From the NCBI GenBank assembly GCA_023391955.1, contig JAEWAA010000489.1:1-40356 (forward strand): 40,356 bases of DNA. The letters are read 5' to 3'. This document shows, one piece after another, positions 10,259 to 18,098 of the stretch (position 1 is its first letter; each line of letters begins with the position of its first letter). The DNA comes from Bacillota bacterium (GTDB lineage: Bacteria; Bacillota; Bacilli; Paenibacillales; NBRC-103111). The translations under genes and the position numbers were made by a program. The notes under the pieces were generated by a model that did no database searches, was not told where the DNA came from, and saw only the letters and a program-made list of their open reading frames with translations.

Positions 10259-10738
10259 TCAGGGCAACCAGACCTGTAGGAACCGCGTAAAGCCGTACCA
10301 GACGGCAAGGGTGATCAGGGCCGGCAGGACCAGCAGCATCAGCGGCCTGCGCTCTCCCATCAGCAGCATGCCGGCCACAAAGACAACGAAGGTGGCCGGC
10401 AGATAGCCGACAGTCATGAAGGCTGCCGCATAGGCCGTTAGCAGGATGACAAAGGCGAGGATCCGCAGAAGGTTCGCCTTGTTCGGGCGATACTTCTCTT
10501 CGCGCCCGGCTCCCGCCTGCACAATCGCATGGTCGACGTCGGCGGGGCGCATTGCCCGGACGATCAGGGCGATAGCCAGAAGTCCGATAGCACCGATCAT
10601 CATCCAGGGCAGGAATGACGCGTTAGCGATGGTGTTGCCGCCACCGGAACTCGGAATCTTGAGGGTCCGCCAGGCAGCAAAAGCCGAGAAGGCCAGAAGG
10701 CCTGCGCCGATCACCATGTCGCTTCTCGTCTGTCGCAT
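10259..10738 (-). CDS. tctB: Tripartite tricarboxylate transporter small permease TctB
   Basis: Four TM helices and C-terminal F..FLQVWLP; GGAGG RBS before the ATG at 10738. Confidence 0.85.
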   Translation of the reverse strand: MRQTRSDMVIGAGLLAFSAFAAWRTLKIPSSGGGNTIANASFLPWMMIGAIGLLAIALIVRAMRPADVDHAIVQAGAGREEKYRPNKANLLRILAFVILLTAYAAAFMTVGYLPATFVVFVAGMLLMGERRPLMLLVLPALITLAVWYGFTRFLQVWLP

Positions 10739-10799
10739 AATTCCTCCCGGTCTCCAATCCGGCATGCCCCGCAAGGCTGTGGCTTCGAAACGTGACCGG

Positions 10800-10828
10800 A
10801 TCATGCTCATAAATCGTAAACATGTCAA
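10800..10828 (-). promoter_or_regulatory. Sigma70-type promoter of the tctBCA-lyase-dehydrogenase operon
   Basis: Minus strand reads TTGACA-N17-CATGAT. Confidence 0.55.
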
Positions 10829-11012
10829 TTTCCGTTGCCGAAAAATGTTGAGACGCTTGAGGTTCTTTCCTTCTTAGCGATGCGGGATATGACGTCGACG
10901 TCTCTGCAGGACCAAAAAAAACCATTAAAAAGCAATTAGATAGATGGTACTTGTCGTTCAGATGAGATTCTTTACAGTCTGCTCGGTGGCACCAAAGCCG
11001 AATGAAAAGTAA

Positions 11013-11041
11013 TTGACAAATTTTGGCGTCCGCCTTTATCT
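11013..11041 (+). promoter_or_regulatory. Candidate sigma70-type promoter of the Fe-ADH gene
   Basis: TTGACA-N17-TTATCT in an AT-rich divergent intergenic region. Confidence 0.4.
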
Positions 11042-11149
11042 CTGCTACGAAACGGGGTGGGAGCGTCGCGTTGGTCATGTCGTGCCATGGGTCGTCGCCC
11101 CTCTCGTCAGCGCTTGTTACGCAAGCGATTGTGAAATGGAGACTGGACC

Positions 11150-12274
11150 ATGCTTGCCCTCAACAAACCGCTGGAGATGCTGCGACCATCGATCGTTGAA
11201 TTCGGGGAAGGCACCCTGAGCAAACTGGCGGATTGGGTCTCAGTAAAGCGATTTCAGCGCGTATTTGTGGTTGCCGACCAAGTGAATGCCGCGCGCCTCC
11301 AGGTTCTAGGGCTGAGTGAAGTCGCCTGTTTCGGCATGGTCAAGCCTGAGCCGGACCTGCCGAACCTGATGGAAGCGGTGGCTGCGGCCGAAGCGGTAGA
11401 GGCCGACCTTGTGATAGGATTCGGTGGTGGGTCGGCGATGGATCTTGCAAAGCTCGTTGCCGTCATGGCGGGCAGTGGCAAGGCGCTGTCCCAAATCTCC
11501 GGACCGAACCGAGCCCCGCCGCGCCGCTGCGGCTTGGCGCAGATCCCTACAACAGCAGGTACGGGCTCGGAAGTGGGGACGCGCGCCCTGATCACGGATC
11601 CCGAAACGCAAAACAAGGTGGCGACCGAGAGTATCAACATGCTCGCTGACATCGCCATAATCGATCCGGTTCTCACAGCCAGCGTGCCACCCTTCATCAC
11701 CGCGGCGACGGGTGTTGACGCCATGGCCCACTGCGTCGAAGCCTTTACTTCGAAGCGTTCGCATCCGCTGATCGACGATTACGCGCTTCGCGGCATCACG
11801 CTGGTCGGTTCCAATCTCAAGCGTGCTGTAGAGGACGGCAACGACATGACGGCACGTTCGGCTATGGCGCTAGCTTCCTTCTATGGCGGTGTATGCCTGG
11901 GGCCGGTCAACACCACTGCCGGTCACGCGCTTTCCTACCCTCTTGGTACGCGACACAAGATTGCCCATGGTGTTGCGAACGCGCTGATCTTCCCGCATGT
12001 GTTGGCGGCCAATGCATCGGCCGTTCCGGAAAAGACAGAGCTGATTTGTACGGCCCTCGGCTTCAGCGGTTCCTCCGAGGCAGACATCCTGTCCGGCGCC
12101 ACGGCCTTCTGCGAAGGCCTCGGCCTCGATATGAGGCTGCAGGCCCATGGTGTGCTCCAGGACGATCTCGTCAACATGGCGCGTGAAGCTCACGCGATCC
12201 GGCGCCTGCTCGACTGGAACCCTGTCGATTTGACGCAAGATCAGATCTTCGAGATTTATCAAACCGCGTGGTAA
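11150..12274 (+). CDS. Iron-containing (type III) alcohol dehydrogenase family protein
   Basis: GFGGGSAMDLAK, IPTTAGTGSE, DAMAHCVEA, GHALSY and HGVAN motifs. Confidence 0.93.
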   Translation: MLALNKPLEMLRPSIVEFGEGTLSKLADWVSVKRFQRVFVVADQVNAARLQVLGLSEVACFGMVKPEPDLPNLMEAVAAAEAVEADLVIGFGGGSAMDLAKLVAVMAGSGKALSQISGPNRAPPRRCGLAQIPTTAGTGSEVGTRALITDPETQNKVATESINMLADIAIIDPVLTASVPPFITAATGVDAMAHCVEAFTSKRSHPLIDDYALRGITLVGSNLKRAVEDGNDMTARSAMALASFYGGVCLGPVNTTAGHALSYPLGTRHKIAHGVANALIFPHVLAANASAVPEKTELICTALGFSGSSEADILSGATAFCEGLGLDMRLQAHGVLQDDLVNMAREAHAIRRLLDWNPVDLTQDQIFEIYQTAW

Positions 12275-13111
12275 CCGAAGCAGCTCAGTGTCGTTAGAGA
12301 AAGGTTCGCGCAAGCAATGAGGGAAATGGTTCCATTTTGGAGCGACTTGCGAAACGGTAACGCAGCCATACGTGGACCTGCTGGAACGGCGAGCACGTCT
12401 TGAATTACGTGAGCCAACATAGACAACAATACGAGGTGGTTCAGCTGAGGTTCGTTGTTGAGGGCAACCCCTCGCGCTCTGGGACGACGAACGGCCGAGA
12501 ATTTTTAGAGGCCATCTTAGGCAGCCTCTGATCCTCGAGATCGGTCCGGTGAGAGAAAGCATCGCGAACACCGCGCGGGACCAGCACGTAGAGTTCACCT
12601 ATTGCGCGCGCGAATTGTGGACCTGAAGCTGTACCTGCGTGACGGGAACCGCGCTTTCTTCGCATATTGGCTGGGAACTAAGGCCAACAACTGATCTCGA
12701 TTGGCGACCGACGCCTTTCAAAAAATCGATCGGATGGCACATCCTACTGATACTGGTCCTTTGAGGGTCAGTCGGCTCGCGGTCACTTGACGGATAATGC
12801 AATGGGATAACCACTTGATGTGGCTTTGTTGTCTTCCGCTGCGCTTTTGAAGCAAATAGCGGTCATCGGCTCGTATCAGGTCACGGCGGAGAGCACAGGC
12901 TGCCTCCACGGTTGACCATGGTAGCCAAAACGCTTGAGGTGATGCCGCAGGTGGCGCGGCCGACGTTCAGGAGTGAGCTTCACGAGAGGCCCGCGAGGGG
13001 CGCGTTTCGGACGGGGCAGTAGGCGGCTTTTTGTCGCAAGGGCCCTTGGGTGTTCAACGGCATTGTCGAAATCTGGATGCTGCCCGCTGCAAATTGAGGT
13101 CAGCAACTACA

Positions 13112-13126
13112 TTAAGGAATCCTTCA
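13112..13126. promoter_or_regulatory. Near-consensus CtrA box upstream of the truncated periplasmic protein gene
   Basis: TTAA-N7-TTCA, one mismatch to TTAA-N7-TTAA, ~40 bp upstream of the ATG at 13165. Confidence 0.3.
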
Positions 13127-13164
13127 AGGAGGCGTGCGAGATTCGGGTTCCAAAGGGGATCAAT

Positions 13165-13437
13165 ATGACTTCATCTCGCATACTCCTATCCGCGGCATTC
13201 GTCGTGACGATGACGCACGCGGTGCAGGCGCAGCCTCCCAAGCCAGACGCGGTGGCGCTGATCGATGCAAAAGTTCTCCAAGAGATCAGCGACTGGATCA
13301 ACACCGACATTGTTCGGGTCACCATCGAAGCGCAGAACAAGCGCTACGACAAGCTCGAGGCGTATTCGATTGCAGCGCTTGACAGTCAATGGACCCAAGA
13401 GCGCGAGAGCGCCGACAAGCCGCTATCGTCGGTATAG
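13165..13437 (+). pseudogene. 3'-truncated periplasmic protein (PDC/Cache-like sensor family, often next to chemoreceptor genes)
   Basis: Signal peptide (...AVQA) followed by IVRVTIEAQNKRY...IAALDSQWTQERESADKPL. It then runs into the antisense of the TonB receptor and stops. Family assignment is from recall. Confidence 0.6.
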
Positions 13438-14471
13438 GTATATCCAAGCCCGATATCGACCTGATGATCACCGAGATCGAAGGTCGTTCGCGATCCGATC
13501 AGCGCCTGGCTCGCATCACGCCGGGGCTGGTCGCGGTTGACGTTGGGGCCGGGATTCACGATGCCGCCGGGCGTTACCCTCGGGCCGCTCGATACCTGTG
13601 ACGGATCGGCCTCCAATGCGGCCTTGTTGATCGGGCCGGCCACATCGAAGCCGAGATCGGTGTAGCTGAAGAACAGACGGCTCGTGACAATGTCGGAAAT
13701 CTCCGCCTCGACAACGCCGCCAACCTCGATCCGTTGGGAGTCGTTGTAATCCCGGAAACCATCTCGCCGGCTGACGTCTACGTGGAAGGCGGCATCGAAG
13801 CGATCACCGTCGAAGCCCGTGCGGGCAGAGGCGTTGCGCTGCCCGAAGCTTCCGACGCCCACCGTGACTTCCGTCGCCGGAGACGTGACTGCCGGGGGCA
13901 ACATCAGGTTGATCGCGCCGCCGAGCACCGTTGCCCCCAACCGGTTGGCCAGATGGCCGCGATAAACCTCCATGATATTTGCCGTGGCGGGACTGATGAA
14001 ACCGGCGATGTAAGATCCATCCGCCCGGTTGATCGGCACCCCGTCGCGCAGCACCAGGATTCCACGCTCGACGGGGTTCTGCTGCAGTCCGGACCCGCGG
14101 ATCTGGATTCGGGGCTGGTCATTGCCGCCGAAGAAGTCCTGCACGACGACGCCCGGAACCCCGGCAAGCGCATCGGAGAGCGTCGGTGCGACAGAGCCTG
14201 CATAATCCTGGGAGGAAATGGCTGTCGCGCCGCCCGGAAGCGCGCGCAGACTGGCTTTTATGATGCCGAGGGACGCCTCCAGGCCGGCGTCGATCACTAT
14301 CGTCTCGAGCAGTGTTTCCGCCCCGGGCGCTGCAGACTGAGCCCATGCCAAGCCGCCGGCACCCGCCGTCGATGCGAGCAAAATCCCGACTACCGTCCGA
14401 TATCCCCTTCTTCGCCGGCCATCGGCTCCCGTGGCGCGGCGCGCGATCCCCTTGCCCCTCATGCAAATCAT
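13386..14471 (-). pseudogene. 3'-truncated TonB-dependent outer-membrane receptor (signal peptide, TonB box, plug and first barrel strands only)
   Basis: TonB box ETIVI; plug motifs LAGVPGV, IQIRGSG, LRDGVPIN, EVYRG...LGGAIN. Only 361 aa with no terminal aromatic strand; the last ~12 residues are antisense of the opposite gene. Confidence 0.85.
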
Positions 14472-14548
14472 AAAGCGTCCTTCCCCAACTTGTGGTGGCG
14501 AAGCCGGGCGTCAGCCGGAAGGACGAGAACACCTGTGGCAGGCTGATC

Positions 14549-14617
14549 TCAGCGTTCCAGCACGCGCGGCCGCCGACAGATGGGCGGACGAAAATAGATT
14601 GGCGACAGGTGATCCAT
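14549..14617 (-). CDS. Candidate leader peptide/uORF MDHLSPIYFRPPICRRPRVLER (22 aa) upstream of the TonB-dependent receptor
   Basis: ATG at 14617 and TGA at 14549-14551, 77 nt before the receptor start; contains RPP and a single Cys; no SD sequence. Confidence 0.4.
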   Translation of the reverse strand: MDHLSPIYFRPPICRRPRVLER

Positions 14618-14716
14618 ATGGCGGCCCTAGCGTGTTTGGGCTCCCATCTCTTTGTGCTAGCGCAAACAACCGTAGTGTTCGCTGCAAGGTATCAAGCTTC
14701 AGCTGGAGTGTCTCTT

Positions 14717-15685
14717 TTACCGTTGCCGGCCTTTGATAGCTCGCCAGGCAGGCGAGACAACGTAGCTGGCAACGGGTATCAGAGCAGCGCCAATCGCCAG
14801 CCCCACTATACCGTAGCCGAGGGACTCCACCGCCCACGCAAGCACAGCTGCCGCATTGGGCACTGCATGCGCAGCTACTTCCGCCCAGTGGTGGATAAAC
14901 TGCCCTATTCCGGCAAGGCCGAACCCCTCAAGTCCGTGGACGATAATGCCGCCTCCGACCCAGATCATGGCGGCGGTGCCCACTACGCTCAGACCGGACA
15001 TCACCACCGGCATGCCTTTGACCAAGCCACGACCGAAACTCCGAGCAATTCCGTCATTGTTGGCAGCCAGCAACAGCCCGAAGTCGTCGGCCTTTACGAG
15101 CAAGGCGACGACGCCATAGACAGCGAGGGTGATACCGAACGCCACAAGAACCAGAATGACAGCCTGAGCGATAAGGCTTTCATTCGGCAGCTCTGCAAGG
15201 GCTATGGCCATGATCTCGGCAGAGAGGATAAAGTCTGTCTTGATCGCGCCAGCGACTTTCTCGTCTTCGAGGGATTTTGGATTAACTGCTGCCGACGCCA
15301 GGTGCGTTTCGTGCTCATGCGCCTGGTGTGGAGCCAAGAGGTGATAGACCTTCTCTGCTCCCTCGTAGCAGAGGTAAGCGCCGCCGATCATCAGCAGCGG
15401 CGTGATGGCCCATGGCAGGAAGTAACCAAGAGCAAGTGCCGCCGGCAGCAGGAACAGGAGCTTGTTCTTGATCGAGCCCTTGGCGATCTTGAATACGATC
15501 GGCAGTTCACGATCGGCGGAAAAGCCTTGGACATAGCGAGGAGTGACGGCGGCGTCGTCGATGACCGCGCCTGTGGCCTTCATGCCGGCCTTCATTGCCA
15601 TTCCGGTGACGTCATCAACTGATGCGGCGGCAACTTTCGCAAGACCTGCAACATCGTCCAAAAGCCCAAGCAACCCGATGCTCAA
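14717..15685 (-). CDS. DUF808 (YedI-like) inner-membrane protein
   Basis: LLDDVA, KATGAVIDDAAVTPRYV, RELP, GAYLCYEGAEK, KTDFILSAEIM and GTAAMIWVGGGI motifs; TTG start with AGGAG RBS. Confidence 0.92.
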   Translation of the reverse strand: MSIGLLGLLDDVAGLAKVAAASVDDVTGMAMKAGMKATGAVIDDAAVTPRYVQGFSADRELPIVFKIAKGSIKNKLLFLLPAALALGYFLPWAITPLLMIGGAYLCYEGAEKVYHLLAPHQAHEHETHLASAAVNPKSLEDEKVAGAIKTDFILSAEIMAIALAELPNESLIAQAVILVLVAFGITLAVYGVVALLVKADDFGLLLAANNDGIARSFGRGLVKGMPVVMSGLSVVGTAAMIWVGGGIIVHGLEGFGLAGIGQFIHHWAEVAAHAVPNAAAVLAWAVESLGYGIVGLAIGAALIPVASYVVSPAWRAIKGRQR

Positions 15686-15720
15686 GTGTTTTTCTCCTGA
15701 GTGTGCATCACCTGAGCCTC

Positions 15721-15745
15721 AACGGCCTGCTGCTGTTGCTGTTCC
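15721..15745 (-). promoter_or_regulatory. EcfG/RpoE2/SigT-type (general stress response) promoter of the DUF808 gene
   Basis: Minus strand reads GGAAC-N16-CGTT, matching the alphaproteobacterial EcfG consensus, ~35 nt upstream of the start codon. Confidence 0.7.
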
Positions 15746-16054
15746 GGTTGATCGATACAATCAGACATCTGCGCGACGGGCATCTCAATGATAACCGAAG
15801 TGATCCGCCGTGGGGACGGGGTCGCTTCGATCCGACCAGCATTTATGTAAGAACTTGCCATAAAAATTGTCTGATCACCGGCTATTGTGATGGCGTGATT
15901 GATCGGCAGGTACTGCTTATCCGGTCGACAGCAAGTCTGAACGAAGTCCGAAAGCTGCTTCAGCTTCTCGGCAAGCGCGCAGCCCCAATAACGGGCCCTC
16001 AATTCGTTGACATCGTGCAACTAAATATCGCGAGCCAGCTGGTGCTTTCGGATG

Positions 16055-16260
16055 CTAATGGCACCAGTCAATCTTGCTGCCCTTCCGCCACTCCCTGGCG
16101 AAGTCTTCGCGGAGCAGCTCTTTCCCCAGCTCTCGACCATTCGGCAGGTAGACGTTCACCAGCGGCCGCCATAGCGGTCAGTGACCATGGCCTTGATCCT
16201 AACCTTCTCCCCCTCGATCATCTCCTGCAGTTGGAGGTGGAGGCTTTTTCGGCGATCGGC
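16055..16260 (-). pseudogene. Thermonuclease (SNase-like) family remnant, 5'-truncated and frameshifted
   Basis: ...LQEMIEGEKVRIKAMVTDRYG, then a 1-nt loss at ~16167, then (R)PLVNVYLPNGRELGKELLREDFAREWRKGSKIDWCH*. DRYGR-xL-V...LL-EG-A is the SNase C-terminal pattern. Confidence 0.65.
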
Positions 16261-16534
16261 CGTAAACACCGATTGCATCACCAGCAAATCGGGCAACGTA
16301 CGCCGGTTCCGGCTTCCGGTAGAGCACTTCCGGCGTGCGGACATGCGCTATTCATCCTCCGACATCGTAGCGACACGGCTTTTGCGCAACCTATATTGGC
16401 AGCTTCGTCGAGTGAGAATTAAGCGAGGGCTTCAGCTCCAATAAAGCCGGTAGTTGCGCTGACTTGACGGGCCGGACCCATTACTGCACTCTGCCAACCT
16501 AACCATGATGGCAACCCTCTCTGCGAGGTGACCA

Positions 16535-17407
16535 ATGGCGCCCGATTACATCATTGGACCCAATACGCTGGATCCGAGACTTACTCGTCTGGTTGCCGGT
16601 CTTGACCACAAGGGCGAGAAGGTTGAGCTCTCGGTTGTCGAAGAGCGCCCCTTAACCATTTACCTCAATTCGCAAGAAATCGTCACCGCAATGACGATTG
16701 GAGACTATCCCGAATTCCTTGCGCTCGGATTTTTGCGTAACCAGGGAATGCTCAATCCTGCAGAAGAAGTCACCGACGTAGAGTTCGACGAGGAGCTTGA
16801 CGTTGTCGTGGTGAGAACCAGGAGCCGCACGACCTATGAGGAAAAGGTCAAGAAGAAGACACGCACCAGTGGTTGTGCGGTGGGTACGGTATTCGGCGAC
16901 ATGATGGAGGGACTGGAAGGTCTGCGCTTACCGACCGCGACAGTTCGCACGTCTTGGCTCTACAATCTGGCTCGCACGATCAATACGACGCCGAGCCTTT
17001 ATCTTGAAGCTGGCGCAATTCACGGCACGGTGCTGTGTGAGCGGGATCGACCGCTGGTGTACATGGAAGATGTTGGTCGCCACAATGCCGTCGATAAGAT
17101 CGCAGGCTGGATGCTGATCGAGAAGGTCGAGGCGGGAGACAAGATTCTCTACACGACAGGGCGGCTGACCTCGGAGATGGTAATCAAGACCGCAATAATG
17201 GGCATCCCTGTGCTTGCGTCGCGTTCAGGCTTCACAGCCTGGGGCGTAGAAATTGCCCGCCAGGTAGGATTGACGCTGATCGGACGCATGCGAGGCAAAC
17301 GCTTTGTATGCCTCGCAGGAGAGGAGCGGCTGGAGTTTGATGCAGACCCCGAGACTGTGCCTGAAGATGAGAAGCAGCACCGCCGCAAGGGCGCGTTGAT
17401 TGACTAG
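16535..17407 (+). CDS. fdhD: Formate dehydrogenase accessory sulfurtransferase FdhD
   Basis: ERPLTIYLN, LALGFL, SGCAVG, EDVGRHNAVDKIAG and TTGRLTSEMV motifs. Confidence 0.95.
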   Translation: MAPDYIIGPNTLDPRLTRLVAGLDHKGEKVELSVVEERPLTIYLNSQEIVTAMTIGDYPEFLALGFLRNQGMLNPAEEVTDVEFDEELDVVVVRTRSRTTYEEKVKKKTRTSGCAVGTVFGDMMEGLEGLRLPTATVRTSWLYNLARTINTTPSLYLEAGAIHGTVLCERDRPLVYMEDVGRHNAVDKIAGWMLIEKVEAGDKILYTTGRLTSEMVIKTAIMGIPVLASRSGFTAWGVEIARQVGLTLIGRMRGKRFVCLAGEERLEFDADPETVPEDEKQHRRKGALID

Positions 17408-18032
17408 GATCCTTGGCGTCATCTTGGCCGGCGGACGGGCGACCCGGATGGGGGGGCGCGACAAGGGGTTGCTCCTTCTTGGGGATGCGACGCTGGTTGA
17501 CCATGTTCATAAACGTCTCGCTCCGCAATGCGACGAAGTTGCAATCAGCGCCAACGGTGATCCAGCGCGTTTCTCGCAACTGGGGCTTCCTGTACTTGCT
17601 GATACGATCCCGGACTACCCGGGCCCGCTAGCGGGCGTTCTGGCGGGACTTGAATGGGCCGCGCAGAAAGGTGCCGATGCCGTTGTGACGGCGGCGGCAG
17701 ACACGCCCTTCTTACCGTCCGATTTGGTGGTCGGATTGCGGCAGGCGGCAGCACGGGAGAAGGCTGCGATTGCCTTGGCGGCCTCTCCAGATGAGACAGG
17801 AGCGCTGCGGCTTCATCCGACCTTTGGACTTTGGCCTGTGGACTTGCGCATGGAGCTTCATACCGAGCTTTGCCGCGGATTGCGTAAGATCCTTCTGTGG
17901 GTTGAACGGCACGGCGCAGCGACGGCGAGCTTCCCGGCCGAACCCTTCGACCCCTTCTTCAACGTCAACACCCCACAGGATATGGTGCTGGCGCAAGAGA
18001 TACGTCAAGGAGGCGCACGCCGTGATTATTAG
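17400..18032 (+). CDS. mobA: Molybdenum cofactor guanylyltransferase MobA
   Basis: ILAGGRATRMGGRDKG, GPLAGVLAGL, DTPFLP and FFNVNTPQD motifs. Confidence 0.95.
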   Translation: MTRILGVILAGGRATRMGGRDKGLLLLGDATLVDHVHKRLAPQCDEVAISANGDPARFSQLGLPVLADTIPDYPGPLAGVLAGLEWAAQKGADAVVTAAADTPFLPSDLVVGLRQAAAREKAAIALAASPDETGALRLHPTFGLWPVDLRMELHTELCRGLRKILLWVERHGAATASFPAEPFDPFFNVNTPQDMVLAQEIRQGGARRDY

Positions 18033-18098
18033 CTGGCCATCAGCCTGTGTGAGCCTTCCGGCTACCCCTCTTGCCTCTGCAATCGAACAGGTCCGCTG

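Noticed and set aside
12320..12345. Possible IS terminal inverted repeat
   Set aside because: No partner repeat, target duplication or transposase fragment could be recognised.
14472..14716. Cobalamin or TPP riboswitch upstream of the TonB receptor
   Set aside because: I could not find the conserved riboswitch core motifs by eye; an Rfam scan would settle it.
14492..15622. 376-aa + strand ORF, and the many other long antisense ORFs (e.g. 3094-3927, 6194-6925, 13734-14546, 22270-23067, 37248-37994)
   Set aside because: These are shadow ORFs opposite well-supported genes in GC-rich DNA, with no motifs of their own.
15748..15761. Possible FNR/FixK box TTGATCGATACAAT
   Set aside because: The second half-site does not match ATCAA; I found no convincing FNR box upstream of the FDH genes either.
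15622..16422. 266-aa + strand ORF and the 112-aa - strand ORF (15682-16020) with a polyQ run
   Set aside because: No recognisable family; they overlap the EcfG promoter (the CAG/CAA run is its spacer) and the thermonuclease remnant.
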